Below are positions 51,998 through 64,000 of a stretch of DNA of 64,000 nucleotides, one piece after another. Positions within the stretch are counted from its first letter, which is position 1. Each line of letters opens with the position of its first letter. The notes beneath the pieces are model-generated. The model was not told the origin of the DNA, did not search any database, and saw only the letters and a list, made by a program, of their open reading frames with translations. The translations under genes and the position numbers were made by a program. Source of the DNA: Octopus vulgaris (Eukaryota). The stretch covers positions 51,026,001-51,090,000 of the forward strand of contig OX597814.1 of the NCBI GenBank assembly GCA_951406725.2, written 5' to 3'.

Positions 51998-52519
51998 TAT
52001 ACTATAATGGAGAAAGCTGCTTATTAATTGTGTAACAATTACTAAAAGTACTAAAAGCAATTATTAGAGGGTTGACCATCTGAAAATATTTTTATAAATT
52101 CATGTTTTAAGAAATTTCCTATAATTTCGATTTCTCAAGTTTATTGAATTTTTTAACTCCAATTTCTCACAAATTTAAATATTCATTGCAATCACTGCAT
52201 CCAATTCTTCACAAGTTTATATATTCATTGCATTCAGTGGAGTATTCCATTTCCCTTTGCCAAGTCTCTTACTTTCTCTTTTAAGTTTTAATTTGCTATT
52301 TGGAGAACCGACAATTTATTCTATTAATGTATACATAATGTAAAAACATTATTTATTGAATGAAAATTTTTTAAATACCCATATAATTTTTGAACGTGGG
52401 ATAGCTGTGAGAAGGGCCTAGAAAGTTGGGTAATTACTATTAGAAGACGAGGAGAACAAAAATGTCACCGACAAGTACTCAAAATTTGTTCCTTATTCAC
52501 AGTTTCCAAACACTCTGTA

Positions 52520-52812
52520 CCACTAAGCCAACATATGTGAAACTACCACCTGTATCATCTCTTGTGAAAGGTAGGAGAGTCCAGTTTGATGGACATTGTT
52601 GTAGAGCTGAAAAAGAGGTAATTTCTACTCTCCTCCTCTGGAAGCCATCTACTCGCAATGCCAGAGGGCGCACACTCTCCTACCCTGATGTAATCTCCAG
52701 GGATACAGGCATCCAGCAACAGGACCTCCGTAATGCCATGATGGACCGTGAAGTCTGGCGTAGCGTGGTAAATTCCATTGTCTCGACCACAGTCGAACAA
52801 TGATGATGATGA
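52520..52812 (+). mobile_element. RTE-type LINE 3' end
   Basis: LPPVSSLVKGRRVQFDGHCCR...LLWKP...AMMDREVWR, stop running directly into a (TGA)n tail. Confidence 0.75.
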
Positions 52813-55186
52813 AGCCAATATATACACAAACAAGTTGTACAAGCGACTTCAAAAGTGACACACACACACACACATACCAATACACACACATAGATACACA
52901 TACACACAAATGAAAGGCAGTGTGTGTGTGTGCTGTTCACTGACAAAACTTTGTGCTGCATCACTTTGTGAAGTTTTGTCAGTGAACAGGTTGTGATTTC
53001 AAAGCAATGAAAATATTTTGGCATAAATGAAATTTGATTGTTGAAGTGAAACTAACGGTTTTTGTGTGTTCTTGAATGGCTTACAATTATCTTCCACACT
53101 GCAATTGTTTTTATTTCAGCATATGATCTCAGATCAAGTCACTTGCAATGCAGGCTCTCCAATATTTTAATTTCTAAACAAACACAATGGGGGGGGGGGG
53201 GGGCAAAAATTTCATAATTTCTCGAATTTTCTTTTTTATAGCAGATAAATGTATTTATGGGGGAAAATATTGAAAAATATGGGGGAGTGATAAAGAAAGG
53301 AGGAGAGTTGTCTTTGGATGTACTAGAAAAAACAATTACATCACCCTTAAATCACTCACTTTTCCCTCTGAAAATATCAACAATTCTTTTTTTATTTTTT
53401 TTACCAAAAATGCTCTTCCCATGGTTTTGAAGTGCAAAAAAAATTGGCCAAAAGTCAGATTGTGTGAATTTTCAATACTCCTCTCTCCACCCCCTCAGAA
53501 AAATTCTTTCTCATAAATCCCTAAATATTCTGAAGTCACAATATCTACGCAGTATTTGTAAAAAATTTTTTTTAAAGTATCCATTTTTCTGGATGTTATG
53601 AGGCAACAAAGTCAAGGCATATACATCTGTAGTAATGCTCTTTTATTTATACAATTTTTTCATTTTATGTTTATTTCATTCATTGTTTGCAATGTTCTCT
53701 CTCTCCCACTCTCTCAGTCTCCCCCACACACACACACACAGTACAAAGCTTACAGACGGACTGCTGAATCTCTATGTTGCTTTGACTTGTCACATTTTTG
53801 TACCATATCTTGTTGGTTGTGATCAGTTACCATCTATGCTCCTTCTTGTGCCTGCTCCAATTATTCTGTTTTCGCACTTCCGCACTCAGGGGAGAGCCCT
53901 TGTGGCGGCACAAGCAGTCAGCGCCATATTGGATGAGATCTCGCGGCAGCCATTGCCATCTCTGAGACTGGAGCGAGACCTCACCTGCATCCATTTGCCA
54001 TGCGCGAGATCACAACGAGGCTCACTATGGCAAACTGTATACAAGGGCAAAACAGACTGAGATTCTTCCTCTGTTTTGCCACCTCTTCTTTCCACCTCTT
54101 AGCAGCAGCGCTTGCTGAGCGCACTCCATTGGCTGAGCCTGTCTGTATGTTGTACCACCAGAGGCAATGTGCCCGCACTAATGGAGCTACTACACAATGC
54201 ACACAGCTAGCGATGGTTGCTGAGAGCAGCACACTTCACCTATCCTGTGAAACTTGTAAATAAACCAGTTGTAAATTGCATTTGTACTTGAAGTCTTCTC
54301 TCTTCGCCTGCCAGAGCCTGAACTACAAGAAGAACAAAAGAGATAATGGAAGAAAGAGATATTCTCCCGATATCGTAAACCTTGCCATCCATTATACCTT
54401 TGTCACTTTTATTCTTGACAATGAAATTCCTCACAAGCCAGTGATCAGCCATTTTGTTGGATCTGTGTTCACAAATGCATGTAATAAAAAATAATTATTA
54501 AATACTGGTGAAGTAACAGAACTGAATTTGTTTTTCATTCTTTATATATTATATTTCTTGTACTTGTTATTTTTATTATGTAATAGGATAGTAAGGCAGC
54601 AAGTTGGCAGAACCGTTAACATGCTAGGTGTTTTGTCTGTCCTAATGTTCTAAGTTCAGATTTTGTCACGGTCAACTTTGCCTTTCATCCTTTTGGGATC
54701 AAAAAAGTAAGAGCCAATTGAGCACTAGGGTCAATGTAACTGACTTACCCCTCCATCGAAATTGCTGGCCTTGTGCCAAAATTTGAAACCATTATGTAAT
54801 GAGACAATAAGTAGAGTATGAAGAGTACCAGACAAAAAATCTTATAGTACTTAATCATGTCTCTTTAGATTCAAATCTTGCTGAGAGGTACTTTGCCTTT
54901 ATTCATCCATTGTCGATAAAATAAATACCAGTGAACTACTGAAGTCAATTTAATAAACTGTGTCCTCTTCTAAAAGTTGTGGCCTTGTTTTGTCACAATG
55001 TTAGAAATTATTGTTAATATATTATATCATAGAAAGAAAAGCAAAGTACAGGAAGCAGATGGGTGTAATTTCTTAAAACAATTTTCATTCATTATCATGA
55101 AATATTTAAAGAAAAAACATCAAGAAAATGTAGAAGAAACACAAGAACAAGGAAAATGAAAATGTATCAGAACAAGATATACATAC

Positions 55187-55329
55187 TGGCAACTTCGTTC
55201 AGCAATAATATTCATTTCATTATCAATATAGATCTTAATTCCCCGTGATAAGCCATCGATTAATTTTTTTCCACGTGGATGACGTGAAAGGCTATCTAGC
55301 TGAAGGCGAAGAATGTTATCTGATGTCAA
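55187..55329 (-). CDS. IRF-like gene, association-domain exon (phase 0 to 2)
   Basis: ttctcattgaag acceptor, gtatgt donor; LTSDNILRLQLDSLSRHPRGKKLIDGLSRGIKIYIDNEMNIIAERSCQ resembles the IRF LLxxLxRGxxL...IYAxRLCQ segment. Confidence 0.8.
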
Positions 55330-55449
55330 CTTCAATGAGAAATGAAATGAAAAATGAAAGAGACAATTTAATTTAACAACAGTAAAAATAGATAAGCATA
55401 AAATAATATAATCAGTATTTAGACAAATGAAATTTATACACACATAACA

Positions 55450-56403
55450 AAGAGCCTCTCTCTCAGAGTGAAAGGCAGGTAGTTTGATGCCTGTGTGCAA
55501 ACAGCTATGCTGCATGGCAGTGAAACATGGGCTATGACAGCCGAGGAGATGCATAGGCTTGAGAGAAATGAAGCCAGTATGCTTTGCTGGATGTGCAATG
55601 TTAGTGTGCATGTTCAACGGAGTGTAAAGTGTAAGCATCTTGAGAGAAAAGTTAGGCATAAGAGGAATCAGATGTGGTATGCAAAAGAGACGACTGCACT
55701 GGTATGGTCACGTGATGTGTATGGACGAGGACCATTATGTAAAGAAGTGCTGATCTCTAACTGCGGAGGGTTGACCCAGGAAGACATGGGATGAGGTGTT
55801 GAAGCATGACCCTTGAACCTCACAGAAGCAATAATTAGTGACTAAGACCTTTGGTGATGTGCTCTGCTTAAGAGGAGCCATCAAGCCAGGTGCACCTGTG
55901 CTGTTGGCATGTAAAAGAAAGGAAATCAATCTTTGAATTTCAGGCCTCGTGGATGCAAAGTGGCTGAGTTCCTTTCAAGCACTGGGCTTCATGGAGGCAA
56001 AGTGGCTAAGTTCCTTTTGAATGTTGGGCCTCCAGAGACAAGGTGGCTGAGTTCCTTTTGAGCAATGGGCTTCATTGAGGTAAAGTACCAAGCTCCTTTT
56101 TAATGTTGGACCTCACAGGGGCAGTGACCAAGACCTTTGACATAGTGTCGAGCTTGAGAAGACCCATCAAGCCAAGCAAAATCACAATCATGGCAGATAC
56201 TGGTGTCACATAAATGGTACCCATGCCGGTGGCATGTAAAAGCATCTATTACATTCTTGGAGAGGTTGGCTTTAGGAAGAGCATCAAGCTGTAGAAAACC
56301 ATGCCAAATCAGACTAGATCCTGGTGCAGCCTTCTAACATGCCAGCCCAGTCAAACAGTCCAACCCATGGATAATGGACATTTAATGATGATGGTGATGA
56401 TGA
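55450..56403 (+). mobile_element. 5'-truncated copy of the same RTE LINE family with (TGA)n tail
   Basis: QTAMLHGSETWAMTAEEMHRLERNEASMLCWMCNV; 3' UTR with ~45-bp tandem subrepeats; TGATGATG end near 56385-56403. Confidence 0.85.
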
Positions 56404-56696
56404 TACATACACACACACACATACATATATTATATTGGTGTAATGGTAGCACAATTATCATGAGATGTGGGTTCGAGTCCCATGCATATGAAAAACCCAC
56501 TGTTTCCCTCAAGGGCTTATATATCCCAATATTAGACTATTTTCTCTAGTTGATACAGCATGATCACTTATAAGCTTTAAGCCTATAAAATATTAATATA
56601 TATATATATATATTAATAATAAAAAGAAGACATAAAAAATTGTCAAATTTATACCAGACACCTTGCATGTGTGTGTGTTTACACACACACACACAG

Positions 56697-57565
56697 AGAG
56701 GGTGTTTGGGATAAATTTGACAATTTTTTAAGTCTTTTTTCAGGAACAGTTCAATGTATTAGTGAACAGTTAACAGTGTTGGAAAGCATAAAGATTAAAG
56801 TTGTAGTTGAGATAAATTTAACTGACATGGAGGACTGGAAGCAAATCATGGTGATTGGTGCCAGGTATCAAGTTGCTGACAACATAACTGCTGCTCAATG
56901 TTCTGTGAACACTGAAGAGGCTGCAAGATGTGACAGAGACAGCTGCAAGAGACTGCACAGCTGTGATCAGCAGGAAGGGACATAACAGGCATTCTGACTG
57001 TATTCACATGCTTGTAATCATCCAACAACTGCAGTGCAAGACGATAGAAGATCCAAACAAGGGAATCCAGGCTTTAACAAAAGAGAGATGTTTGTTGGAA
57101 TCACCACTATGAAGTTGGCCCTGCATGAGGATCTTTGCTACCACTCATACAAGGGGTACAAGGAATAAATTCTGACAGCCTAACAGCTGAGGCCAAGGAG
57201 AATCACTTGATCTGGTTGTTCTGAGATGAAAAGAACTTCTATGAGACCAATTGCACAACAGGTAACTTGCCTACAATCCATGTGAAGTCCACCTATCATG
57301 AAAACCAAGTTCCTCCAAACTGTAATGGTTTTTGTGTGTCTCCAGAGAGGGTGATGTCATACTGTCCCACATCTTTGAACAAGGCCTTAGGCTCAATTTA
57401 GACAGCTATGTCAAGCTGCTGGAGACTGTGGTTAAACCCTGGTTGGAGAGGGTTGCTGCTGGAAAGCCATATGGAGGAGAATAGGATTTGGCTTCTTGAC
57501 ATACCTCCAAAAAGATTCAGAAGCAGTTGTTAGAGAATTTTTATGACTTCATCAGCCCCATAGAT
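56697..57565 (+). mobile_element. Decayed Tc1/mariner-superfamily (maT/DD37D-like) transposon
   Basis: TIR-like gagggtgtttgggataaatttgac; remnants DEKNF, KTKFLQTVMVF, YVKLLETVVKPWLERVAAGKPY, HTSKKIQKQLLENFYDF. Confidence 0.7.
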
Positions 57566-57658
57566 TGGTAACAAACCAATATTTTCATTAGATTTATGAT
57601 CCCTTAATGAGGTTTATTACCTTTACTTGATTCTATATATGTATATATGTGTGTATGG

Positions 57659-57742
<84 letters not shown>

Positions 57743-58002
57743 ATGTATATGTATGTATGTTGACAGACAGATATATTATGTATTTAAAAGCACAACACGT
57801 CTTTAAATGCTACTCATAGTTTCATATGTAGAGGAATATTTCAAACATATTCATCAGGCACAACCCACATAACATAATGAACTAAAAAAGTTGAAACTAT
57901 TAGTAGCACTTAAAGACATTAATTGTGTCCTTTAAGTAAATAATATTTATCTTTCGCCAGATGGCATACTTTTTTTGTTGAATTTTCTATCACAGAACAG
58001 TG

Positions 58003-58050
<48 letters not shown>

Positions 58051-58149
58051 TATAATTAAATAATAAGGGTAGAAATTGATATTAATCAATTAAAACTATT
58101 GGCTTAGCATATCTAAAAAACCCGAAGATTAAAAATTGTGTTACATACA

Positions 58150-58221
58150 AAATTTAGAGGAATGACCACTAAAGTGGACACCATAAAGGGTGTCCACTTT
58201 AGTGGTCATTCCTCTAAATTT
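58150..58221. repeat. Perfect inverted repeat, 33-bp arms, 6-nt loop
   Basis: aaatttagaggaatgaccactaaagtggacacc-ataaag-ggtgtccactttagtggtcattcctctaaattt. Confidence 0.95.
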
Positions 58222-58319
58222 CTATCACTGTTTGAGTTGCATAATAAGTGGTTTTATCTCTAATTTATATTTTATATATATATACACAAATACACACACA
58301 CACACACAAATATGATGGA

Positions 58320-59147
58320 TTCTCTCATCATGAATGTCAAATGAAGGTTTTAATCATGTTCTATGGACACGGATGTGTCTCAAAGCCTGCTGGTGTCTTG
58401 CAAACTTCTAGGCAAATAGAATAAGTTGACGTCTCAGTTTGCTTGCAAGTTTGTGGATCATTTACTATGTGTTTTCTTAAGTGGACAGCAAGGCCTGCTT
58501 TGCTTCATGCCACAAAACCACAATGATAGGTAAAGTTTCCATTTAGAGGAGCAGTGTTTTGCCAGCATGCCTTCATGCTTGCATGAAGTTGGTGCCAATG
58601 TTGGAGTTGACTTTGCTCAAGTCTTCGAACTGAGCAGAAGCAGGACTGGCACCAGGTCCTGCATTCTGATGTTTTGTTTTCCCAGGAAGAAAAGGGTATG
58701 TTGCATCACTTTAGGTTGTCCTTTAGTTTGTGTTTGAAGAGCAAAAGTCGCCTTCCAAATGAACTTCCAAAGAGAAGTTGTTTCGGAATTCTGATATGAC
58801 TGATATGTGAGAGATGACCTGACCATCTAAGCTGTATTTTGATGAGGATGGTTTCAATACCTGATATGTTGCATTTTGCTAGTACTTCACTGTTATGAAT
58901 ATGGTCACTCAGTTTTTATGTTGGAGATAGAATGCAAGCATTGTACATGAAAAGCATCAAGCTGGTTCACGTGATTTTGGTACAGAGTTCAAGATTCAGC
59001 ACCATAAAGCAAAGTTATCAAGACCACTGACTTATATACATCAACTTTCACCTTCTACAATATGTTGTGGCTGTTCAAAACCTGTGATAAAGCTTACCAA
59101 AAGTTGAGTTAGCCTTCCCAATTCTGGACTCAATTTCTTTATCCATC
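58320..59147 (-). mobile_element. Decayed RTE/BovB-type LINE 3' fragment
   Basis: IETILIKIQLRWSGH...RIPKQLLFG...KLKDNLK and a C-terminal CG..SKAGLAVHLRKH zinc-finger remnant. Confidence 0.7.
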
Positions 59148-59235
59148 TTATACACATATATATATATACATATACAAGAGAGAGGGGGGATGCTTTTATA
59201 TATATATATACACACACATAAATATATACAAATGC

Positions 59236-60370
59236 ATATTTAGAATTAATTTAGCAAAGACCAAAGTCCTAGTTAGTAGGAAATCTAACAAATCACAAAT
59301 CCTTTCAGGGAGATGGCCCTGCTTGATATTTAGAAAAGGCGTAGGTAGAAACTCCATAAGGTGTACCTGGTGCAAGCTATGGGCACATAAGAGGTGCAGC
59401 AGTATCAGGAGAAGGTTAACAGAGAAAGTAGTTTCTATGTGTGGTACATGTGGAGGTTTAATGAACACTAGGAATGTACGGAAAATAGATTTCGTCAAAT
59501 GCCTGGTGGGATTCTCAGAACTAGCAGAGAGCTTCTGTTACTAGGTGACCAAACCAGCAGTGGAAGAGGATGCTCTGAGAGTGTAGCTGCTGGAATAAGA
59601 ATGGGCTGGTCAAGGTTCAGAGAGCTTCTACTTTTGTAAGTAACAAAGGACTTCTCCCTCAGAATGAAAGGCAGATTGTATGATGCCTGTGTGCAAACAG
59701 CCATGCTACACGGCAGTGAAACATGAACTGTGACTGCGGAGGACAAAAGCTTAGAAGAACTAAAGCTACCATGCTCTACTAAATGTGCAATGTCAGTGTG
59801 CATGTATGACAGAGTTTAAGTGTCCTAAAAGAAAAATTGGGTATAAGAGGCATCAGATGTAGTGTGCAAGAGAGAAGACTGTGCAGGTATGGTCACGTGA
59901 TGCATATGGATGAGAACAGCTGTGTAAAGAAATGCCAATTACTTAATTGTGGAGAGAGCCTGTGAAAGAAGAAGACCCAGAAAGACGTGGCACAAGGTGG
60001 TGAAATAATAATTTTGGGCTGCTGAGTCTCACAAAAGTGATAACAAGAGACAGACTTCTGGCAATTTGCTGTGCTTGAGAAGGCATGTCAAGCTAAGTGA
60101 AGTCATGGTCATGGCCAGTACTGATAATACGTAAAGGGCACCTGTGCCAGTGATACATAAAAGGTACCCAAGCTGATGACACATAAAAGACACTCATACC
60201 AGTGACATAAAGGGTACTTAGTACATTCTGTAAAGTGGTTGGTGTTAGGAAGAGCATCTAGCTGTAGAAATCAAGCCAAAACAGATGACTGGAGTCTAGT
60301 GCAGCTCTCCAAATTACCAGCTCTTCTCAAACTGTCTAACCCATGCCAGTATGGAAAACAGACATTAGAT
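59236..60370 (+). mobile_element. 5'-truncated RTE-clade LINE (RT C-terminus with Cys-rich insert plus 3' UTR)
   Basis: INLAKTKVL, GVGRNSIRCTWCKLWAHKRCS, KGRLYDACVQTAMLHGSET, YGHVMHMDE; ends in the shared ...AACCCATGCCAGTATGGAAA tail. Confidence 0.85.
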
Positions 60371-60545
60371 TTAGGTTTATTAGATTATGACAATTAGATG
60401 GTTGTGGTGTTGTTGTTGGTGGTGGTCATGATGATGCACTAGTAATTCTTAATAACGCTCTCCTACATGTGTTGAGAAACTATGTTAGCTACAGAGTTAA
60501 AAAAATATATCTGCAAAATAAGTGAGAAAAAGGCAGCCAACTTAC

Positions 60546-60643
60546 AGACCCATCCATATAACAGCCAGTTTTAATAACACATGAAGTGAAATTTCCCTCT
60601 CGACACTCAGTTTGTGAACCAACTTTCACAGTCACAGTGAAAC
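60546..60643 (-). CDS. IRF-like gene, start of the IRF association domain (phase 1 to 0)
   Basis: gctttatag acceptor, gtaagt donor; SFTVTVKVGSQTECREGNFTSCVIKTGCYMDGS. Confidence 0.75.
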
Positions 60644-61712
60644 CTATAAAGCATAAAATATTTTGATACAACTTATGCAAACATAAATCATCATTAACAG
60701 CAACAAAATTTTTAAGTCTAGTAAATTTAGTCCATATTAGTCAGTTTTAATCCAGATTTAATAACAGGTCATGTTGGGATGGAAGCCAAAAGCATTTATA
60801 GTAGTGGCAAAAATAGTAGAGGAGAAACAGCATATCTCCAAGTATGTTTGTAACATGTTAGTGAATATAGCATGTTTGAGACTACTAATCTGTTTGATGA
60901 CCTTTTTATATGCGGTCTAGTATGTTTGTATGTGTAACAGAAGCACCATACTTGATATATGAAAGGTACTCTCTTGTGGGGTTATACCTGAACTTTGTCA
61001 GTAACAGATCAAAGTTGAAATACTTTCTTGCTCTAAAGAGGAAGCCTAGTCTATTGAATAGTTCTGGTAATCTCACATGTACAATTAATCAATAAACAGC
61101 TGGTCTTTTTGATCTCTAAACCTTTGCTCCTAATTTGATCTATTACTCCTAAGCTTCCTCTAATGCTCCCTGCATTGAGTGATTTATTTGCTTCATCAAT
61201 AGATACCTGAAGATTGGATGGTTGGTTTATTATCTAGGATAACAAAAAAGGGAGGCCTTTGAGAGTAAGGAAATTGGAGGAATATGATGTTGAGCAGCAT
61301 GGTACCAAGTGTGTTTGGTATGGTTATACTAAATTAGATTTAGATTCCATTGGAAAGTAATATTAAAGGATGCAAAAGTAGTCTCCTAGTAATCACGTGG
61401 TTGAAGTGGGCAGACATTTTTTGCTTGGGCATCTTATACAACAATACATTCGTTTCAGATAGACTTTGATAATGGCTTTCATAGATTTTGAAAAAGTATT
61501 TTCCTTTCTTTTTGTTTTTTTTTGATAGTATACATAGGATTACACATAATAAAAAAAAACTATTGGAAATAGAGAAGAATAAACTGAATGGATTTATGGA
61601 AAGTATTTGGCAGATTCAGACTATGTTGAATAAAATAATGTAGCAGGTCTTCAAAAAAATCAGTGTTATCAGATGAATGAAGCTATAATTAGTATTGTTT
61701 TAAATAACATAC

Positions 61713-61793
61713 TAGTTAAGTGATTTTCTTGTGGTTGTTCCAGCAAAGATATTTCCATTTCTTCTTCCTCTTCCTCGACTACATCATTGAATT
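61713..61793 (-). CDS. IRF-like gene, acidic linker exon (phase 1 to 1); most 5' exon found in window
   Basis: Minus strand tcttttatattttccag acceptor and gtatgt donor; EFNDVVEEEEEEMEISLLEQPQENHLT. Confidence 0.7.
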
Positions 61794-62689
61794 CTGGAAA
61801 ATATAAAAGAAAATATTATTTTTGTTTTCCATCAAGTAACATTGATAATGGCTTCAAATTCTGGCACAAGGCCAGCAATTTTAAAAGAAGGAGTAACTTG
61901 ATATCATCAAGCCCAGTGCTCAACTAGTACCTATTTTATTGACCCTGAAAGGGGTTTGAATAACACTGAACACAAAGCCAGAAGAAAGCCTCTAAGTATT
62001 TTGTTTGACATGGCAATGATTTTGCCCACTTTCCATATTAAGTAATATTAATACTAAAATTACTTTAAAAGCAGGTTTTCTAAATTATGTTCTAACACCA
62101 GCATTTTCTACAGACTACAATACTTTTAACATTCTTTTACATTCTATAAATAACTTTTGTATGTTATGCAAGAAAGGAAATCATTTCATCCCTTAAAATT
62201 GGTATAAACTTTAGATTTCATTCATTTAATATTATTACCATATTTTTCCAACAAACAGATTAAACAAGCTTACTTTTTCCATCTCATCCTAATCTCCACT
62301 GACTTCATCCATCAAACAACTGATGAATCTAGTTACATTCAGTTTACTAGTAAGAAACCAAAGGTAGTGGATGCGAGTGCTGTAAGTGATGTAACAAGCA
62401 ATTATGCACACTCTACCCTCCAGAACTGATTCCTCTTTTTTGTGTTCATCATCATCTTTAATGTAATGTGTGTGTGTGTGTGTGCGTGCATGTGTGTGTG
62501 CATGTGTGCATGTATGTGTACGTTCATGTGCGTTTATAGAGTGCATCTGTATAGTGTGGGGAAGAAAGCATATATTGTGGTTAAGAGAACTCAGAGAAAT
62601 GAGTTACTGATTTGAGCATTCATTCAGTTCAGTAGTTTCACCTGTGAGATCAGATGAATTAAGAGTTCTGATGGTGCTTGTTGATCACT

Positions 62690-64000
62690 TACAACAGTAG
62701 AAGTTGTAAGTAATCCAAGCTATTGGCAGAGCTGTATCAATAGGCAACTCAGCATACTTAGTTTTAAGTCTACGATCACTGGGTATAGATGCCAATTCCT
62801 CTTCTTCACATATTTTCAAACCAATATTAGATGGAATTTTCATGAAGGGATTTCAAACCCAATCATACTCTTCTGTATTCAATGACAGAAAAAAAAGTTC
62901 ATTTTTCCTTCCAGATTTGTCAAATGTTCAAATACAATAGGTGTTATTTCTTTTATGTATTAAGGGAAACATTTCATAGTTACTACCTTCAGCTCTATTT
63001 TGCCAAATTACAACTTTCTTCTTAAATGAAACCAGCTTATCTGTTGAATGTTTTCATTTCTACTTTGCATACTTGTGTTGACACTATTAAGTTGTGCAAA
63101 TATCTCTGTTAAATATTCCAGCTTGGAAAACCAAAATTCACATTGTAGACCTTCCAAAAAGCAGTCATGTTTTTCTTCTTTAAAAAATGCATGCAATTCC
63201 TTCTGAAGTCCATGTATGTGACATAGCACCTTACCTTTTGAGAGCCATCTGACTTTTGTGTGTAAAAGTAAGTGCTTGTACTGGGAATCCATATCAACAC
63301 AAATTTGTTCAAATAAGCAACACTTCAACGGCCTACTTTTAATATAATTAACCATTTCAACAACTTCGTTTAATACTTGCTTTAACTCAACTGGTACTGT
63401 TTCTGAAACTAGTACCTCCCAATGTATAAAGCAATGAGTAAGTATAACATTAGGATTTTGCTGTTGTATGAGAGATACAAAACCTTTAATAGAGCCATAG
63501 TTGGTGCCTCATTGGTACATATTCCAACATATGAATTCCAGGATAAATTCCATTTTCCGAGGTAGGCAGATAAAATGTCAAAAATATCTTGACTTCTTGT
63601 AGTGAGTGACATTTCTTGGCAACAAAAGAACTGATTTATGGTTTGGTTACCATCAATAAAGCGAATAACTCTAAGTAATTGTACTTTGTCACTAATGTCA
63701 GTTGATTTGTCAACTGGTAGAGCAAATTCTGAGTTCTGAAATTAGTTCTGTACATTTTCCTCTATATCAGCAGATAAATCCATAATTCTCCTATGGATTG
63801 TATTATTTGAGAGCAGAATCTTGCTTATATCTTACTCGGCTTCATCACCTAACATGGTTTTAATCATCTTTCTACAAGAAGGCAAGATAATTGACTTGGC
63901 TAAAGTATGCGATTTCGTTTGTAGTGCAATCATTTTGGCTATCTCAATAGACATGACTTGTGCCTTTTCAGAAGCATTCACCCTTTTTTTTTTCAAAATA
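62690..64000 (-). mobile_element. Decayed hAT transposase (Buster/Charlie, ZBED5/FAM200-like), runs off the window edge
   Basis: VNYIKSRPL...LLLHTKVRWLSKGKVL, LSNNTIHRRI, ALPVDKSTD (cf. ALQLDESTD), GICTNEAPTM; multiple frameshifts. Confidence 0.88.

Noticed and set aside
55120-55659. 179-aa minus-strand ORF as a complete gene
   Set aside because: A chimera of antisense RTE sequence, intron and the 143-nt IRF exon.
60850-61430. Extra IRF exon or LINE endonuclease on the minus strand
   Set aside because: The only open frame after the candidate acceptor near 61207 is phase 0, incompatible with the flanking phase-1 intron; LINE-like motifs are too weak to call.
62270-62546. Upstream IRF exon ending at a gtaagc donor near 62270
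   Set aside because: All frames tested from nearby acceptors contain stops, and no tryptophan-repeat motif is present.
62690-64000. Domesticated ZBED/FAM200-type host gene
   Set aside because: Frameshifts, stops and altered catalytic motifs indicate a dead hAT copy.

Overview
AT-rich, microsatellite- and transposon-dense animal genomic DNA; the SINE/LINE complement looks cephalopod (octopus-like, an inference). Three protein-coding genes can be read. (1) A ZNF423/ZNF521 (Oaz) ortholog on +, five phase-compatible exons at 3767-26709 with about 31 C2H2 fingers; the N-terminus lies outside the window. (2) An intronless 169-aa ankyrin-repeat gene at 35048-35557 with an RFX X-box-like palindrome just upstream. 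(3) A gene only fragmentarily visible in the ORF track: six phase-compatible minus-strand exons (61793 to 45667) encoding an IRF-type association (SMAD/FHA-fold) domain; its 5' exons lie beyond the window. The most striking feature is the predicted 3' UTR of this IRF-like gene. Between the stop codon and the first AATAAA it is mostly a head-to-head pair of tRNA-headed elements, each with a minimal hammerhead-ribozyme-like core, forming a ~220-bp fold-back. Other notable items: a 17 x 76-bp minisatellite derived from a decayed Tigger transposase, perfect palindromes (79-bp and 33-bp arms), Helitron ends bracketing an IRF exon, and decayed RTE, CR1, Dong/R4, Penelope, Tc1/mariner, hAT, Merlin and piggyBac-like elements. 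Everything was read by eye; no searches or folding were run.
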